From NCBI GenBank assembly GCA_002070605.1, contig MWDO01000003.1, forward strand, positions 11,853 through 75,852: a stretch of DNA of 64,000 nt, written 5' to 3'. This DNA comes from Spirochaetes bacterium ADurb.Bin133 (GTDB lineage: Bacteria > Spirochaetota > GWE2-31-10 > MWDO01). Below the pieces are notes generated by a model. That model saw nothing but the letters and a program-made list of their open reading frames with translations. It was not told where the DNA came from and did no database searches. Each line of letters starts with the position of its first letter. Within the stretch, counting starts at the first letter, position 1. A program made the position numbers and the translations under genes. Positions 27,460 to 37,499 of the stretch are shown piece by piece.

Positions 27460-27786
27460 CCTATCGGTTTTTTGGCGGGCGGAACAAAATTGACACATAT
27501 GATGTTGCGGAGAAAATTCGACGCATGTGGCGCTAAAGATAAAATTGACGCATGCGCGTTCAATTTTTATATGATAATTGCCGCGCGGCGCATATAGCTC
27601 CATATGCGTCGAATTTTCATCGGGGGACGCGGCGGCTATGAGACCCATATGCGTCGATTTTCCAAAAAATCGACGGACGGGGCGCGCGTCTCCGCTAAAT
27701 ACATTATATTAGTATATTCAAAACGGGAATTCCCGTTTTTTTATTAATAGCGTCCCATATGCGTCATTTTCCAAAAAACTGACGGG
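27460..27786. repeat. Composite modular repeat (MITE-like copy, palindrome module and second terminal motif)
   Basis: 27460-27676 is the reverse complement of 7172-7363 with one extra internal unit; then AAAACGGGAATTCCCGTTTT and CCAAAAAACTGACGGG (27771-27786). Confidence 0.9.
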
Positions 27787-27807
27787 CGCGGGTTAGCGCG
27801 TTTTTTC

Positions 27808-27836
27808 TTGACTTATAGCGCTATTAATAGTATTAT
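27808..27836 (+). promoter_or_regulatory. TA operon promoter
   Basis: TTGACT-17-TATTAT. Confidence 0.7.
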
Positions 27837-27864
27837 TAATAATATTATTATTTAAGGCAGGTAG

Positions 27865-28122
27865 ATGAGTATTTTAATAACCGCTAACGATTTAAAAACT
27901 AAAGGGGTATCGGCTTTTAACGACTTTGATAAAGACGATTCTGAGATTATCATAACGGTTAGAGGCAAGAGTAAATATGTCGTTTTACCGATCGAAAAGT
28001 ACAATTACCTTAGAGAATGCGAATTAGATACGGCTATTCGCGAATCTCAAGAAGATATTATTAATAACAGGTACATTATTGAAAGCGTTGAAAACCACAT
28101 AAAACGAATTAATAATGTATAA
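27865..28122 (+). CDS. Phd/YefM-family antitoxin
   Basis: ITANDLKTKG, IITVRGKSKYVVL; overlaps the toxin start. Confidence 0.85.
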   Translation: MSILITANDLKTKGVSAFNDFDKDDSEIIITVRGKSKYVVLPIEKYNYLRECELDTAIRESQEDIINNRYIIESVENHIKRINNV

Positions 28123-28390
28123 AATATTATTTACCGAAACTTATAATAAAAAAGCTGCAAATTTTATTAAAAAACATAAATCGCTGTTAAAACAATATGA
28201 AAAAACATTAAAACTGATGGAAATTGATCCTTTTCATCCATCTTTGAGGTTACACAAACTTGAAGGTAAGTTTCAAGAGGTATATTCCGTTTCCATAAAC
28301 ATATCGTATAGAATTACTATCGAGTTTATTATAAAAGAGAATATTATCATTCCTCTAGACGTTGGAACGCATAGCGAAATATATAAATAA
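28115..28390 (+). CDS. RelE/YoeB-superfamily mRNA interferase toxin
   Basis: DPFHPSLRLHKL.G, YSVSIN.SYRI and DVGTH.EIY. Confidence 0.85.
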   Translation: MYKILFTETYNKKAANFIKKHKSLLKQYEKTLKLMEIDPFHPSLRLHKLEGKFQEVYSVSINISYRITIEFIIKENIIIPLDVGTHSEIYK

Positions 28391-28408
28391 GAAGTTGTGT
28401 TATATTAT

Positions 28409-28470
28409 TATATTCAAAACGGGAATTCCCGTTTTTTTATTAATAGCGCCCCATAGATGTGTCAAATTTA
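28409..28470. repeat. Palindrome module and core unit of the repeat family
   Basis: 28409-28448 is identical (40/40) to 27713-27752; followed by a reverse GACACATCTATG unit. Confidence 0.9.
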
Positions 28471-28530
28471 TACGACAATTGTTTATTTTAAATTTTGACA
28501 TCGCCGTTATATTCTGTTATAAAATATTCA

Positions 28531-29814
28531 ATGAAGATAGAAAATTTTATCGCGCTCAGGTATATTATTCAGAACAGGAAAAACAGGGAGATAGCCTCTT
28601 CCTCCGTCGTCGTATGCGCGGCGATTGCCAGCGCGATAGTTTTTTTTATAGCGGCGGTGTCGATAATGAACGGATACATTCGGGGAAGGATGCAGATTCA
28701 GTTTGAAGTTACGTCGTTTCATCTTGCTTATTTTGATATAAACGAAAAGCGCGACGCCGATTTTATTGTCGATAAATTGAGCGGGGATAAGGAGGTTAAG
28801 AGCGTTTTTATCTATCGCGAAACCAAAGCGTTATTATCGGCTAACGGCGTTAACAGCGGATTGGTTTATTTTAGGGCGGTTCCGAGGGATATTTTCTCCT
28901 ACGACGAGGGGTTTGCGAATTATCTTAGGTTAGAGGGCAAGACTTCCCAAATCGGCGACGACGAGATAGTTCTTTCAAGGAAAACGGCGAGTAAGTTGAA
29001 GGTATCGACGGGGGAGTATATTTACCTGACGGCGATGGCTCTTGAGGATAAGGCTAAGATCAAATTCAAGCGGCTTAAGGTTGCCGATCTGTTTTCTACG
29101 GGATTTATCGAACTCGACGAGCAGATGTCTTATATCAATCTTGAGACTTGCGAGGAGATTTTCGGAAGAGACGTCGACTATTCGGTCGCCGTAAAATTGA
29201 ACGATTATAGAGATACGCTTAGTTTCGCCCGAAATCATAAATTTAACTCGTTTTCTTATCAATCGACGTGGATTGAGGAGAATTTCAACGAATTTACCGC
29301 TTTAAAGTTTGAAAAAAACGTTATAGCGTTTATCGTGCTTTTGGTCGTAATCGTCGCGGCTCTAAACGTCTTGACGGCGATACATATAGCGGTTTTGGAG
29401 AAAATCAAAGACGTGGGGATACTGAAGGCGACGGGCTATTCTCCGAGAAATATTATACTGATTTTTTTGTTGAACGGGTATTATATCGGTTTTATCGGAT
29501 TATTTATCGGCGTTTTTATCGGGCTTTTTGTTATGAGTAATCTCAATGAAATTATTGTCTTTTTCGGATATTTGATAGACTATTATCAAAACTTTATATA
29601 TACTATTTTAAAGAATTTTATCGATATTGCCCGTCCGGAGAATGTAGAAATATTTTCAAAGGATTTTTATCTTGATAAAATATACACGGATATCTCTTTT
29701 TGGGAGATAGCGCTCGTCGGATTTGTCGCGTTGCATTTTTCTCTGATAGCGGCTATTATCCCTTCCGTCAAGGCGGGGCGAGTTAAACCTTACGAGGTAA
29801 TTAGAAATGGTTGA
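28531..29814 (+). CDS. LolC/LolE-family lipoprotein-release ABC permease
   Basis: MacB/FtsX architecture, SIMNG, EK...GILKA.G; start moved to ATG 28531. Confidence 0.85.
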   Translation: MKIENFIALRYIIQNRKNREIASSSVVVCAAIASAIVFFIAAVSIMNGYIRGRMQIQFEVTSFHLAYFDINEKRDADFIVDKLSGDKEVKSVFIYRETKALLSANGVNSGLVYFRAVPRDIFSYDEGFANYLRLEGKTSQIGDDEIVLSRKTASKLKVSTGEYIYLTAMALEDKAKIKFKRLKVADLFSTGFIELDEQMSYINLETCEEIFGRDVDYSVAVKLNDYRDTLSFARNHKFNSFSYQSTWIEENFNEFTALKFEKNVIAFIVLLVVIVAALNVLTAIHIAVLEKIKDVGILKATGYSPRNIILIFLLNGYYIGFIGLFIGVFIGLFVMSNLNEIIVFFGYLIDYYQNFIYTILKNFIDIARPENVEIFSKDFYLDKIYTDISFWEIALVGFVALHFSLIAAIIPSVKAGRVKPYEVIRNG

Positions 29815-30487
29815 AGTAGTTAAAACAAAAAATCTTACTAAAATATACAAAACCGCCGCGGAGAGTCTTTTGATTTTAGATAATATCAATTTTGCGTTGA
29901 ACGAGGGGGAGTCCGCCGCTATAACCGGAGAGAGCGGCTCCGGCAAATCTACGTTTCTGAATATGATCGGCGGACTTGATGCTTCCAGCGGCGGTCAGAC
30001 TTTTATCGACGGCGTAGATATAACGGAGCTCGACGAGTACGAGATGACGGTCTTTAGAAATCTCAAAATAGGATTTATTTTTCAAGCCCACTATCTTTTG
30101 GAAGAATTCAACGCCGTCGAAAACGCTATGATTCCGTTTTTGATGCGCAATTTTAATAAAAAAGAGGCAAGGGCGCGCGCGCTTGAACTTCTGGATTACG
30201 TCGGGCTTAGCGGAAGGATCAATCACTATCCGTCGCAGTTATCCGGCGGCGAGAAGCAGAGGGCGGCGATAGCGAGAGCGTTTATAAATAATCCCAAGTT
30301 GATACTTGCCGACGAACCGACGGGTAATCTCGACGAGAAAAATTCGGGTAAAGTTCTTGAGTTGCTATTTAACATAGCGAAAGAAAAAAAACAGTCTCTT
30401 GTCATAGTAACTCACTCGAAAGCTATCGCCGATCTCGCGGATTACAACTACCGTCTTGAATTTGGCGCTTTGAATAGGATTAGATAA
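29807..30487 (+). CDS. lolD: LolD lipoprotein-release ABC ATPase
   Basis: GESGSGKST, IGFIFQAHYLL, LSGGEKQR and LADEPTGNLD. Confidence 0.88.
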   Translation: MVEVVKTKNLTKIYKTAAESLLILDNINFALNEGESAAITGESGSGKSTFLNMIGGLDASSGGQTFIDGVDITELDEYEMTVFRNLKIGFIFQAHYLLEEFNAVENAMIPFLMRNFNKKEARARALELLDYVGLSGRINHYPSQLSGGEKQRAAIARAFINNPKLILADEPTGNLDEKNSGKVLELLFNIAKEKKQSLVIVTHSKAIADLADYNYRLEFGALNRIR

Positions 30488-30488
30488 A

Positions 30489-30689
30489 ATGGTCGTTTTG
30501 GGATTGCTTAAAGTCGTAGCGATAATCTTTTCGATTTTTTTTATAGCGGCGTTGATAGGTTTTGTGAAAAATATTTTTAACAAAAATTGGGAGAAAAACT
30601 ATTGCATCGGATGTAAGTTTTATCAAACGGACGAATGTATAGGCGACGGATTTAATTGTTTCAGAAAAAAAAGCTTCTATAAAAAGTAA
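30489..30689 (+). CDS. Small membrane protein with Cys-rich C-terminus
   Basis: Starts 1 nt after the lolD stop; one TM segment, then CIGC...C....C. Confidence 0.5.
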   Translation: MVVLGLLKVVAIIFSIFFIAALIGFVKNIFNKNWEKNYCIGCKFYQTDECIGDGFNCFRKKSFYKK

Positions 30690-30803
30690 AACAAAAATAA
30701 AAAAATAGATCATAAATTGGTAAATATTTGAAATTCATATAACAATAAACTAAATATTATGATACATTTGCGGTATAAACATATCTCAAAAAAAGGAACT
30801 GTA

Positions 30804-33800
30804 ATGGCTTCGTTGAAAAAGGTTTGGTTGAAAAAGATTTGGATGAAAAAGATTTGGATATTACTTTTTGCTCTCGTCTCTGCAAACGCGCTTTATTCCG
30901 ACGTTTTCGAGGAGGTCGTAAGTAAGATTAAAGATAAGTCCTTGCTGGAGCAGATACTCTATCTTGACAAATACGTCGAAGAGGGCTCGGACGTCAGATT
31001 TTTTATATTGAAAGCTAAGAATGAGATCAAAAGCGGGGATTTTATAGGAGCCGCCAAAACTTCTCTTTTAGCTCGGGAGCGTTTTGGCGATAGTTCCGAG
31101 ATTCTCAATCTTCTGGGATTAAGTTATTTTTACCTGAACGATTATGAAAAATCGTTTCGCTGTTTTAATAAATCTCTCGCTATCGATAATGAAGATAATT
31201 TTGCTAAAGGTTATCTCTCCATAATCGATCCCTATACAAAGCCGTCGTATAAAAATATTGAGAATACCGAGTCGATCGATATAGCGGGATTATTGGAAGA
31301 ATTTAACGCTAAATACGACCCGGCCGATCTGAAGAATAGCTACGTCTATCTGTTGAATGAAAAAGAGGTAGAGATTATCGATTCCGGCAGATTCAACTAC
31401 GTCGTCCATTGCGTCGTGAAAATTCTTTCAAACGACGGAGTCGGGATGTTTCGAGATTTCTCCTACTCTTACAACTCTTACGAATACAAAGCCGACGTTT
31501 TGCGAGCCGGCTCTTATTCGACGGAGCTTGAATTTAAAAGCATAAATCCAAAAAATATCGTGAATATAGACAAAAACTCTTCGTCGGAGAATTCTTTTTA
31601 TTCAAATAGAAAATATGTCGCGTTTCCTTTTCCCGATTTACAAAGCGGCAGTTTGCTGGAGTTTAAGATTAAATTCAGTTCGACGGGAAAAACGTTATCG
31701 CCTAAGTTGTTCGATCAATATCTGTTTTCGTCGTCGGTTCCGGTTTCTACCGCTCGATATAAGATAACTTACCCCGGCTATTTGAAGCCGAACATTCGCG
31801 TTATAGGCGGCGACGTTTTGAGAAGCGAGTCGACCGACGGCGAAAAAATTTCGGAGGTATTCGAGTATTCATATCCGCCGGTTTTTAATCTCGCTTACGA
31901 ATCGGTTTCAATTTACGACGTATCTCCTCAGGTTTTAGTCGGATTCTACGATTCGTGGGACGAGGTGTCGCTGTGGTATAACGGCATTTTTGAAAGAGCG
32001 GTAAGCGCTAAAGACGGCGATCTGGACGAGGCTCTGCTTAAAGAATTGGCGATATACGAGCCGGATAAGTTGAAAACCGTTGAAAAAATTTATCAATACG
32101 TTCAAAAAAATATCCGATACGTCGCGCTCGAATTGGGCGAAGGCGCTATGGTTCCGCATACGCCAAAAGAGATATATAAGAACAAATTCGGCGATTGCAA
32201 AGACCAAGCGGTTTTTATGGCTTACATTCTAAACCTTTTTGGAATAGACGCCAAACCGGCGCTGATCTCTACGATCGATAACGGCCGCGTTAACGAGGAA
32301 ATTCCTTCGCCATACTACTTCAATCACGTGATCGTCTATATTCCCGTTCAAAACGGCATATCGTCGGAAATATTCTGCGACACGACAAGTTCGGTAACTC
32401 AGTTTCTCAATCTCCCCTCCGTCGATCAAGGGGTAAGGGGTTTGGTCGTCGATAAGAGCGGCGCCGGATTTTTTGCGACGACTCCCGTTATAGCTCCCGA
32501 ACAAAACCGCATTGTCGAGATTTATAAGGCGGCTCTTAATCTAAGCGGTTCGGGGGAGATATTTTATAGCGAAACGTTTTCGGGGAGTTATTCCGAAATT
32601 CTCAGATATTCGTTTATTAATAGAAGCGAAAAAGAGATAGAAGGCTATCTGCTGGATATTCAAAAGAAAAATTTCCCCCAACTAAAGCCCCAAAATTTTT
32701 CTTTAAAAGGCGCTAAAGAGCAGTCCGGACCTATAGAGGCTTCTTACAGCGCGTTTGAAAAGAATCTCGCTTCAGTTTTCTACGACGGCAGGTTAAAGAT
32801 AAAATATACCGTCGGCAATTTAGCCGGCTTTTTAAACCTGCCGGAAAAATCAAATTTTGATCATAGGCGCGATTTTTTGAGTTCTTATTATAAAATGATT
32901 GAATATAAAGCGCCCGAGAATTACGATATAATAGAAGGGGAGGTCAGAAATTTTTCAAGAGAAAACAAATATGTCTATCTCGATTTTAAAGTTGACAAAA
33001 AAGAGGTTAATACTTTAACTTTTGAATTTGAACTTAAATTTAAAAAGAGAACTATACCTAAAGAGGATTTGCCGGAACTTCATAAGACGCTAAACGAATT
33101 TACTTCCGCTACGACGTTTGAGCTAACTTTGGCAAATACCAAGGATTTTGATCATATCGGATTTTACGAATCGTTAGTAAAAGATTACGAGCTGAAAGAG
33201 GCGTATGAGAATTATATAAGAAAAATGATCGAATTAAGAAATTATGATAAGGCGATGGAGGTCTCCAATAGAGCTATATCAAAATTCAAGGATCATATCA
33301 ACTTTTATCTTATCAAATCTTCTATCCAATTTGACAGAGGAGATAACAAAGGCGCTGAAAATACCTTATTAGCGGCTCTTTCTGTTGATTCAAAAAATGT
33401 TGAAATATACTATTATTTAATCGATTTGTATAAAAAGAGCTCGAACGATATGAAACTTGAGAAAATTTTGTTGGAAATCAATGAAAAAATCCCCAATAAT
33501 CCGGCTTTTATCGGAGAAACGACCTCTTTTTATAACCGAATCGGCGAGTATCAAAAAGCGGTTGATTTTATCAAATCGGCGATAGAAAAAGATAAAAATA
33601 ATTCCAACTACTACTCGGATCTCGGCTACTCTTACTCTCTTATGCGGAATTTTAGCGAAGCCGAACGGGCTTTTTTGAAGTCGATAGAGTTGGATAAAAA
33701 AAATCATCCGGCTCTTAATAATTTGGCGTGGCTTTATTGCGAGAATAACGTCTTTATTAAAGAGGCGATCGGCTATTCGATCAAGGCTTGCGAATTATCG

Positions 33801-33977
33801 CCGCTGAACGACGCCTATCTTGACACTTTGGCGGAGGCGTATTATCTTGATAAACAGTACGATAAAGCGATAGAGACGATTAATAAAGCGATAAAGATAA
33901 ATCCTAACTATACTTATCTTACTCAACAACTTGAGAAGATCAAGAAAGCCCGCGAAGAGATGGAGAAGAATAAGTAG
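30804..33977 (+). CDS. Exported DUF3857 + transglutaminase-like + TPR protein
   Basis: Signal peptide, N-terminal TPRs, GSLLEF (DUF3857), IRYVA, GDCKD, FNHVI, DTT and C-terminal TPRs; start moved to ATG 30804. Confidence 0.88.
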   Translation: MASLKKVWLKKIWMKKIWILLFALVSANALYSDVFEEVVSKIKDKSLLEQILYLDKYVEEGSDVRFFILKAKNEIKSGDFIGAAKTSLLARERFGDSSEILNLLGLSYFYLNDYEKSFRCFNKSLAIDNEDNFAKGYLSIIDPYTKPSYKNIENTESIDIAGLLEEFNAKYDPADLKNSYVYLLNEKEVEIIDSGRFNYVVHCVVKILSNDGVGMFRDFSYSYNSYEYKADVLRAGSYSTELEFKSINPKNIVNIDKNSSSENSFYSNRKYVAFPFPDLQSGSLLEFKIKFSSTGKTLSPKLFDQYLFSSSVPVSTARYKITYPGYLKPNIRVIGGDVLRSESTDGEKISEVFEYSYPPVFNLAYESVSIYDVSPQVLVGFYDSWDEVSLWYNGIFERAVSAKDGDLDEALLKELAIYEPDKLKTVEKIYQYVQKNIRYVALELGEGAMVPHTPKEIYKNKFGDCKDQAVFMAYILNLFGIDAKPALISTIDNGRVNEEIPSPYYFNHVIVYIPVQNGISSEIFCDTTSSVTQFLNLPSVDQGVRGLVVDKSGAGFFATTPVIAPEQNRIVEIYKAALNLSGSGEIFYSETFSGSYSEILRYSFINRSEKEIEGYLLDIQKKNFPQLKPQNFSLKGAKEQSGPIEASYSAFEKNLASVFYDGRLKIKYTVGNLAGFLNLPEKSNFDHRRDFLSSYYKMIEYKAPENYDIIEGEVRNFSRENKYVYLDFKVDKKEVNTLTFEFELKFKKRTIPKEDLPELHKTLNEFTSATTFELTLANTKDFDHIGFYESLVKDYELKEAYENYIRKMIELRNYDKAMEVSNRAISKFKDHINFYLIKSSIQFDRGDNKGAENTLLAALSVDSKNVEIYYYLIDLYKKSSNDMKLEKILLEINEKIPNNPAFIGETTSFYNRIGEYQKAVDFIKSAIEKDKNNSNYYSDLGYSYSLMRNFSEAERAFLKSIELDKKNHPALNNLAWLYCENNVFIKEAIGYSIKACELSPLNDAYLDTLAEAYYLDKQYDKAIETINKAIKINPNYTYLTQQLEKIKKAREEMEKNK

Positions 33978-34077
33978 AAACAGCTTAATCCGAGTTTATA
34001 AAGATTGATTTTTTTTAAATTTAATCATATAATCCGGTAAAAAATTTTATGTATATTTTAATCTTGGAGGATTATAA

Positions 34078-36762
34078 ATGAGCAATAAGTATGTCTATTT
34101 TTTTGGCGATAAAAAGACGGAGGGCGACGGCAGTATGAGAGAACTGCTTGGAGGCAAAGGCGCCGGGCTCGCCGCGATGACAAAAATAGGTTTGCCGGTG
34201 CCGGCGGGATTTACGATAACTACCGAAGTATGCGATCTGTATTACAAAAACGGTAAAGCGTATCCGGACGGGTTGGATAAACAGGTAGACGAGTGTATCG
34301 AAAAACTGGAGAGATCGATCGGTAAAAAACTTGGAGATCGCGACGATCCGTTATTAGTATCGGTAAGATCCGGCGCGGTTGTATCGATGCCCGGTATGAT
34401 GGAGACGATACTGAATCTCGGGTTGACCGACGAATCTGTGGAGGGGCTTGCCAAAAAAACCGGCAATAAAAGATTTGCTCTCGACGCTTACAGAAGATTT
34501 ATAATGATGTACGGCTCGACGGCGATGGGAATCAACCGGGAGAAATTTGATCGTATATTCGACGCCGTTAAAAATGAAAAGACGAGAAAACGATTAAATA
34601 TTTCCGCCGATAAAAAAGTTAACGACACCGACGTCGACGATAACGAATTAGGCGAGGTAGTTAAACTTTTTAAAGAACTTTATAAAAAAGAGATTGGCAA
34701 AGATTTTCCGCAAGATCCAAAAGAGCAACTTTGGGGCTCCATTTCGGCGGTCTTTAATTCGTGGATGGCTGAAAAAGCGGTAACTTACAGAAGAGTCGAG
34801 AATATAAAGGGCGTCGTCGGGACCGCCGTTAACGTTATGCAGATGGTTTTTGGGAACAAAGGGGATACGAGCGGAACGGGAGTCTGTTTTACAAGAGACC
34901 CCAATACCGGCGAGAACATTTTTTACGGAGATTATTTGATAAACGCTCAAGGGGAGGACGTCGTCGCCGGAATAAGAACCCCGATAAAACTATCGGATTT
35001 TGAAAAAGCCGACAAAAAGGCTTACGATCAGCTGGTAGGGGTGCGAAAAACGCTTGAAGAGAACTACAAAGATATGCAGGATCTTGAATTTACCGTTGAA
35101 GAGGGCAAGCTCTATATGTTGCAATGCAGGACGGGGAAAAGATCGCCGTTTGCCGCTTTTAAGATTGCGACGGATATGGTAGAGGAGGGGTTGATTACAA
35201 AGAACGACGCTATCAGAAGGATCAAAGATAGAGATATAGAGGGGATATTTTACCCGATAATCGATCCTTCTCAAAAAGACGAGTTAAAAAAGAAGTACCT
35301 GGTAAACGGTATCGGAGCGGTGCCGGGAGCGGCTACCGGTATAGTAGTCTTCAACGCTAAAGACGCCGAGGATAGAGCCGCCGAAGGTAATAAAGTAATA
35401 TTAGTTAGAAAAGAGACCAGTCCCGAGGACGTAGGCGGAATGCACGCGGCGGCGGGCATACTGACCGCAACGGGCGGTAAAACGTCTCACGCCGCCGTAG
35501 TCGCAAGGGGCTGGGGGAAATGCTGTATAGTCGGATGCGAGAGTTTAAATATTGACTATAAAAAGGGAGAGTTCAGCGTCGGCGACGTAGTCGTAAGAGC
35601 GGGGGATAGTATAACGCTTGACGGTACTTCCGGCGACGTGTATATCGGAGAATTAAAACTCAAAACGTCTGAACTGCCCGATTCGTATCAAAAAATAATG
35701 AAATGGGCTGATGAGATAAAAAAAATCAAGGTAAGAACAAACGCCGACACCCCTTACGACGCTAAGAAAGCGATTGAATTGGGAGCGGAAGGGATAGGAC
35801 TTTGCAGAACGGAACATATGTTCTTTGATACGGAAGAGAGAAGATTGGCGATTCAGGAGATGATTGTTGCAAATAAAGTCGAGGATAGAGTAAAAGCGTT
35901 AAATAAACTTTTACCTTTTCAAAGAGAAGATTTTGTCGGTATATTCAGAGAGATGAACGGCAAACCGGTTACGGTAAGACTAATCGATCCGCCCCTGCAC
36001 GAGTTTGTTCCTCACGACGAATCGAAACAGAGAGAGTTGGCGGCTAAAATCGGCGTGAAATATGAGACCGTTAAACAGAGGGTAGATCAACTCCATGAAG
36101 CCAATCCGATGTTGGGACATAGAGGATGCAGGTTGGCAATAACCTATCCTGAAATATTAGATATGCAGGTTAGAGCTATTATAGAGGCGGCTTGTAAATG
36201 CAAGAAAGACGGGATAGACGTTAAGCCGGAGATTATGGTTCCGTTGATTATCGACTACAAAGAGTTTGGATTGATTGAAGAGAGAATCAGAAAATTATCC
36301 GACGAAATTATTAAACAGAACGGAGCCTCGGTAACGTATATGGTAGGAACTATGCTTGAAGTTCCGAGAGCCGCTCTTCTTGCCGATAAAATTGCCGAAA
36401 GGGCGGAGTTTTTCTCATTCGGCACAAACGATCTTACGCAGATGACAATGGGAATATCGAGAGACGACGCCGGAAAATTTTTACCGGATTACGTAGACGA
36501 AAGGAAGACCGGAATATTTATGAACGATCCTTTTCAGTCGTTGGATACGGAGGGCGTCGGGGAGTTAGTAAAGATTGCCGCCGAGAGAGGCCGAAAATCC
36601 AGACCTAACTTGAAACTTGGCATATGCGGAGAGCACGGCGGAGATATCGCCAGCGTGAAGTTTTGCGCGAGCGTAGGGCTTGATTACGTTTCATGTTCGC
36701 CTTTTAGAGTTCCGATAGCGAGATTAGCGGCGGCTCAATATGAAGCTGAAAAAAAATCGTGA
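34078..36762 (+). CDS. ppdK: Pyruvate, phosphate dikinase
   Basis: LLGGKGAGL, SVRSGA..SMPGMM, GGKTSHAAVVARG, GIGLCRTEHMF and SFGTNDLTQ. Confidence 0.98.
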   Translation: MSNKYVYFFGDKKTEGDGSMRELLGGKGAGLAAMTKIGLPVPAGFTITTEVCDLYYKNGKAYPDGLDKQVDECIEKLERSIGKKLGDRDDPLLVSVRSGAVVSMPGMMETILNLGLTDESVEGLAKKTGNKRFALDAYRRFIMMYGSTAMGINREKFDRIFDAVKNEKTRKRLNISADKKVNDTDVDDNELGEVVKLFKELYKKEIGKDFPQDPKEQLWGSISAVFNSWMAEKAVTYRRVENIKGVVGTAVNVMQMVFGNKGDTSGTGVCFTRDPNTGENIFYGDYLINAQGEDVVAGIRTPIKLSDFEKADKKAYDQLVGVRKTLEENYKDMQDLEFTVEEGKLYMLQCRTGKRSPFAAFKIATDMVEEGLITKNDAIRRIKDRDIEGIFYPIIDPSQKDELKKKYLVNGIGAVPGAATGIVVFNAKDAEDRAAEGNKVILVRKETSPEDVGGMHAAAGILTATGGKTSHAAVVARGWGKCCIVGCESLNIDYKKGEFSVGDVVVRAGDSITLDGTSGDVYIGELKLKTSELPDSYQKIMKWADEIKKIKVRTNADTPYDAKKAIELGAEGIGLCRTEHMFFDTEERRLAIQEMIVANKVEDRVKALNKLLPFQREDFVGIFREMNGKPVTVRLIDPPLHEFVPHDESKQRELAAKIGVKYETVKQRVDQLHEANPMLGHRGCRLAITYPEILDMQVRAIIEAACKCKKDGIDVKPEIMVPLIIDYKEFGLIEERIRKLSDEIIKQNGASVTYMVGTMLEVPRAALLADKIAERAEFFSFGTNDLTQMTMGISRDDAGKFLPDYVDERKTGIFMNDPFQSLDTEGVGELVKIAAERGRKSRPNLKLGICGEHGGDIASVKFCASVGLDYVSCSPFRVPIARLAAAQYEAEKKS

Positions 36763-36810
36763 TAAATTTAATTGAAAGTTAGAGAAATACCGAGATTTCT
36801 ATTAGTATGT

Positions 36811-36848
36811 TAATATAACGACGGCGAAGGACCGCCGTTGTTATATTA
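36811..36848. terminator. Intrinsic terminator-like hairpin after ppdK
   Basis: TAATATAACGACGGCG / CGCCGTTGTTATATTA 16-bp stem. Confidence 0.65.
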
Positions 36849-36931
36849 ATTAAAAAAAATTATTTTTTTGTTTAAAAGTATTTACTTTCTTAAAAAAATA
36901 AACTACAATAACATTGTTTTAAGAGGAAAAG

Positions 36932-37468
36932 ATGGGACAAGAAGAAGTAATTGTAATAAAAGATTCGCTAAGAATATATCTGGAAAAAGATAGCGACGAC
37001 GCTTCTATGTTAACAATGAATCTAAAGGGGTTCCTTGATACTTATAATTCCGCCGATTTTCAAAGAGAGGTCAATAAGGTTATTGAAAGCGGATTTATTA
37101 AAATACTGTTTAACTGTAGCGAGTTAAATTATGTTTCTTCGACGGGAATAGGGGCTTTTACGGCGTTTTTGAAGACGTTAAAGCAGAAAAATGGAGATCT
37201 TGTTCTTTTATATCTACAACCGAAGGTGTTTGAGGTTTTTCAGCTTTTAGGTTTCTCCAAATTTTTTAATATTTCTTCAAATTTAGAAGAAGCCAGAAAG
37301 AGTTTGAGCGGCAAAAAGGAAGAAATTTCCAAAAGCGTTTTTCCTAAAATATTTAAGTGTCCGATATGTAAGAAAAATCTTAAAGCGGTAAAATCGGGAA
37401 GATTTAGATGTTCCGAATGTAAGACAATATTAAACGTCGACGAAGAAGGTCGCGTATATTTTGGCTAA
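36932..37468 (+). CDS. STAS anti-anti-sigma factor with C-terminal Zn ribbon (spirochaete type)
   Basis: GFLDTYN, YVSSTGIG (phospho-Ser motif), CPIC...CSEC. Confidence 0.9.
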   Translation: MGQEEVIVIKDSLRIYLEKDSDDASMLTMNLKGFLDTYNSADFQREVNKVIESGFIKILFNCSELNYVSSTGIGAFTAFLKTLKQKNGDLVLLYLQPKVFEVFQLLGFSKFFNISSNLEEARKSLSGKKEEISKSVFPKIFKCPICKKNLKAVKSGRFRCSECKTILNVDEEGRVYFG

Positions 37469-37499
37469 CCGGTAATCTTAGGTTTTTCGCGAACGTCGG

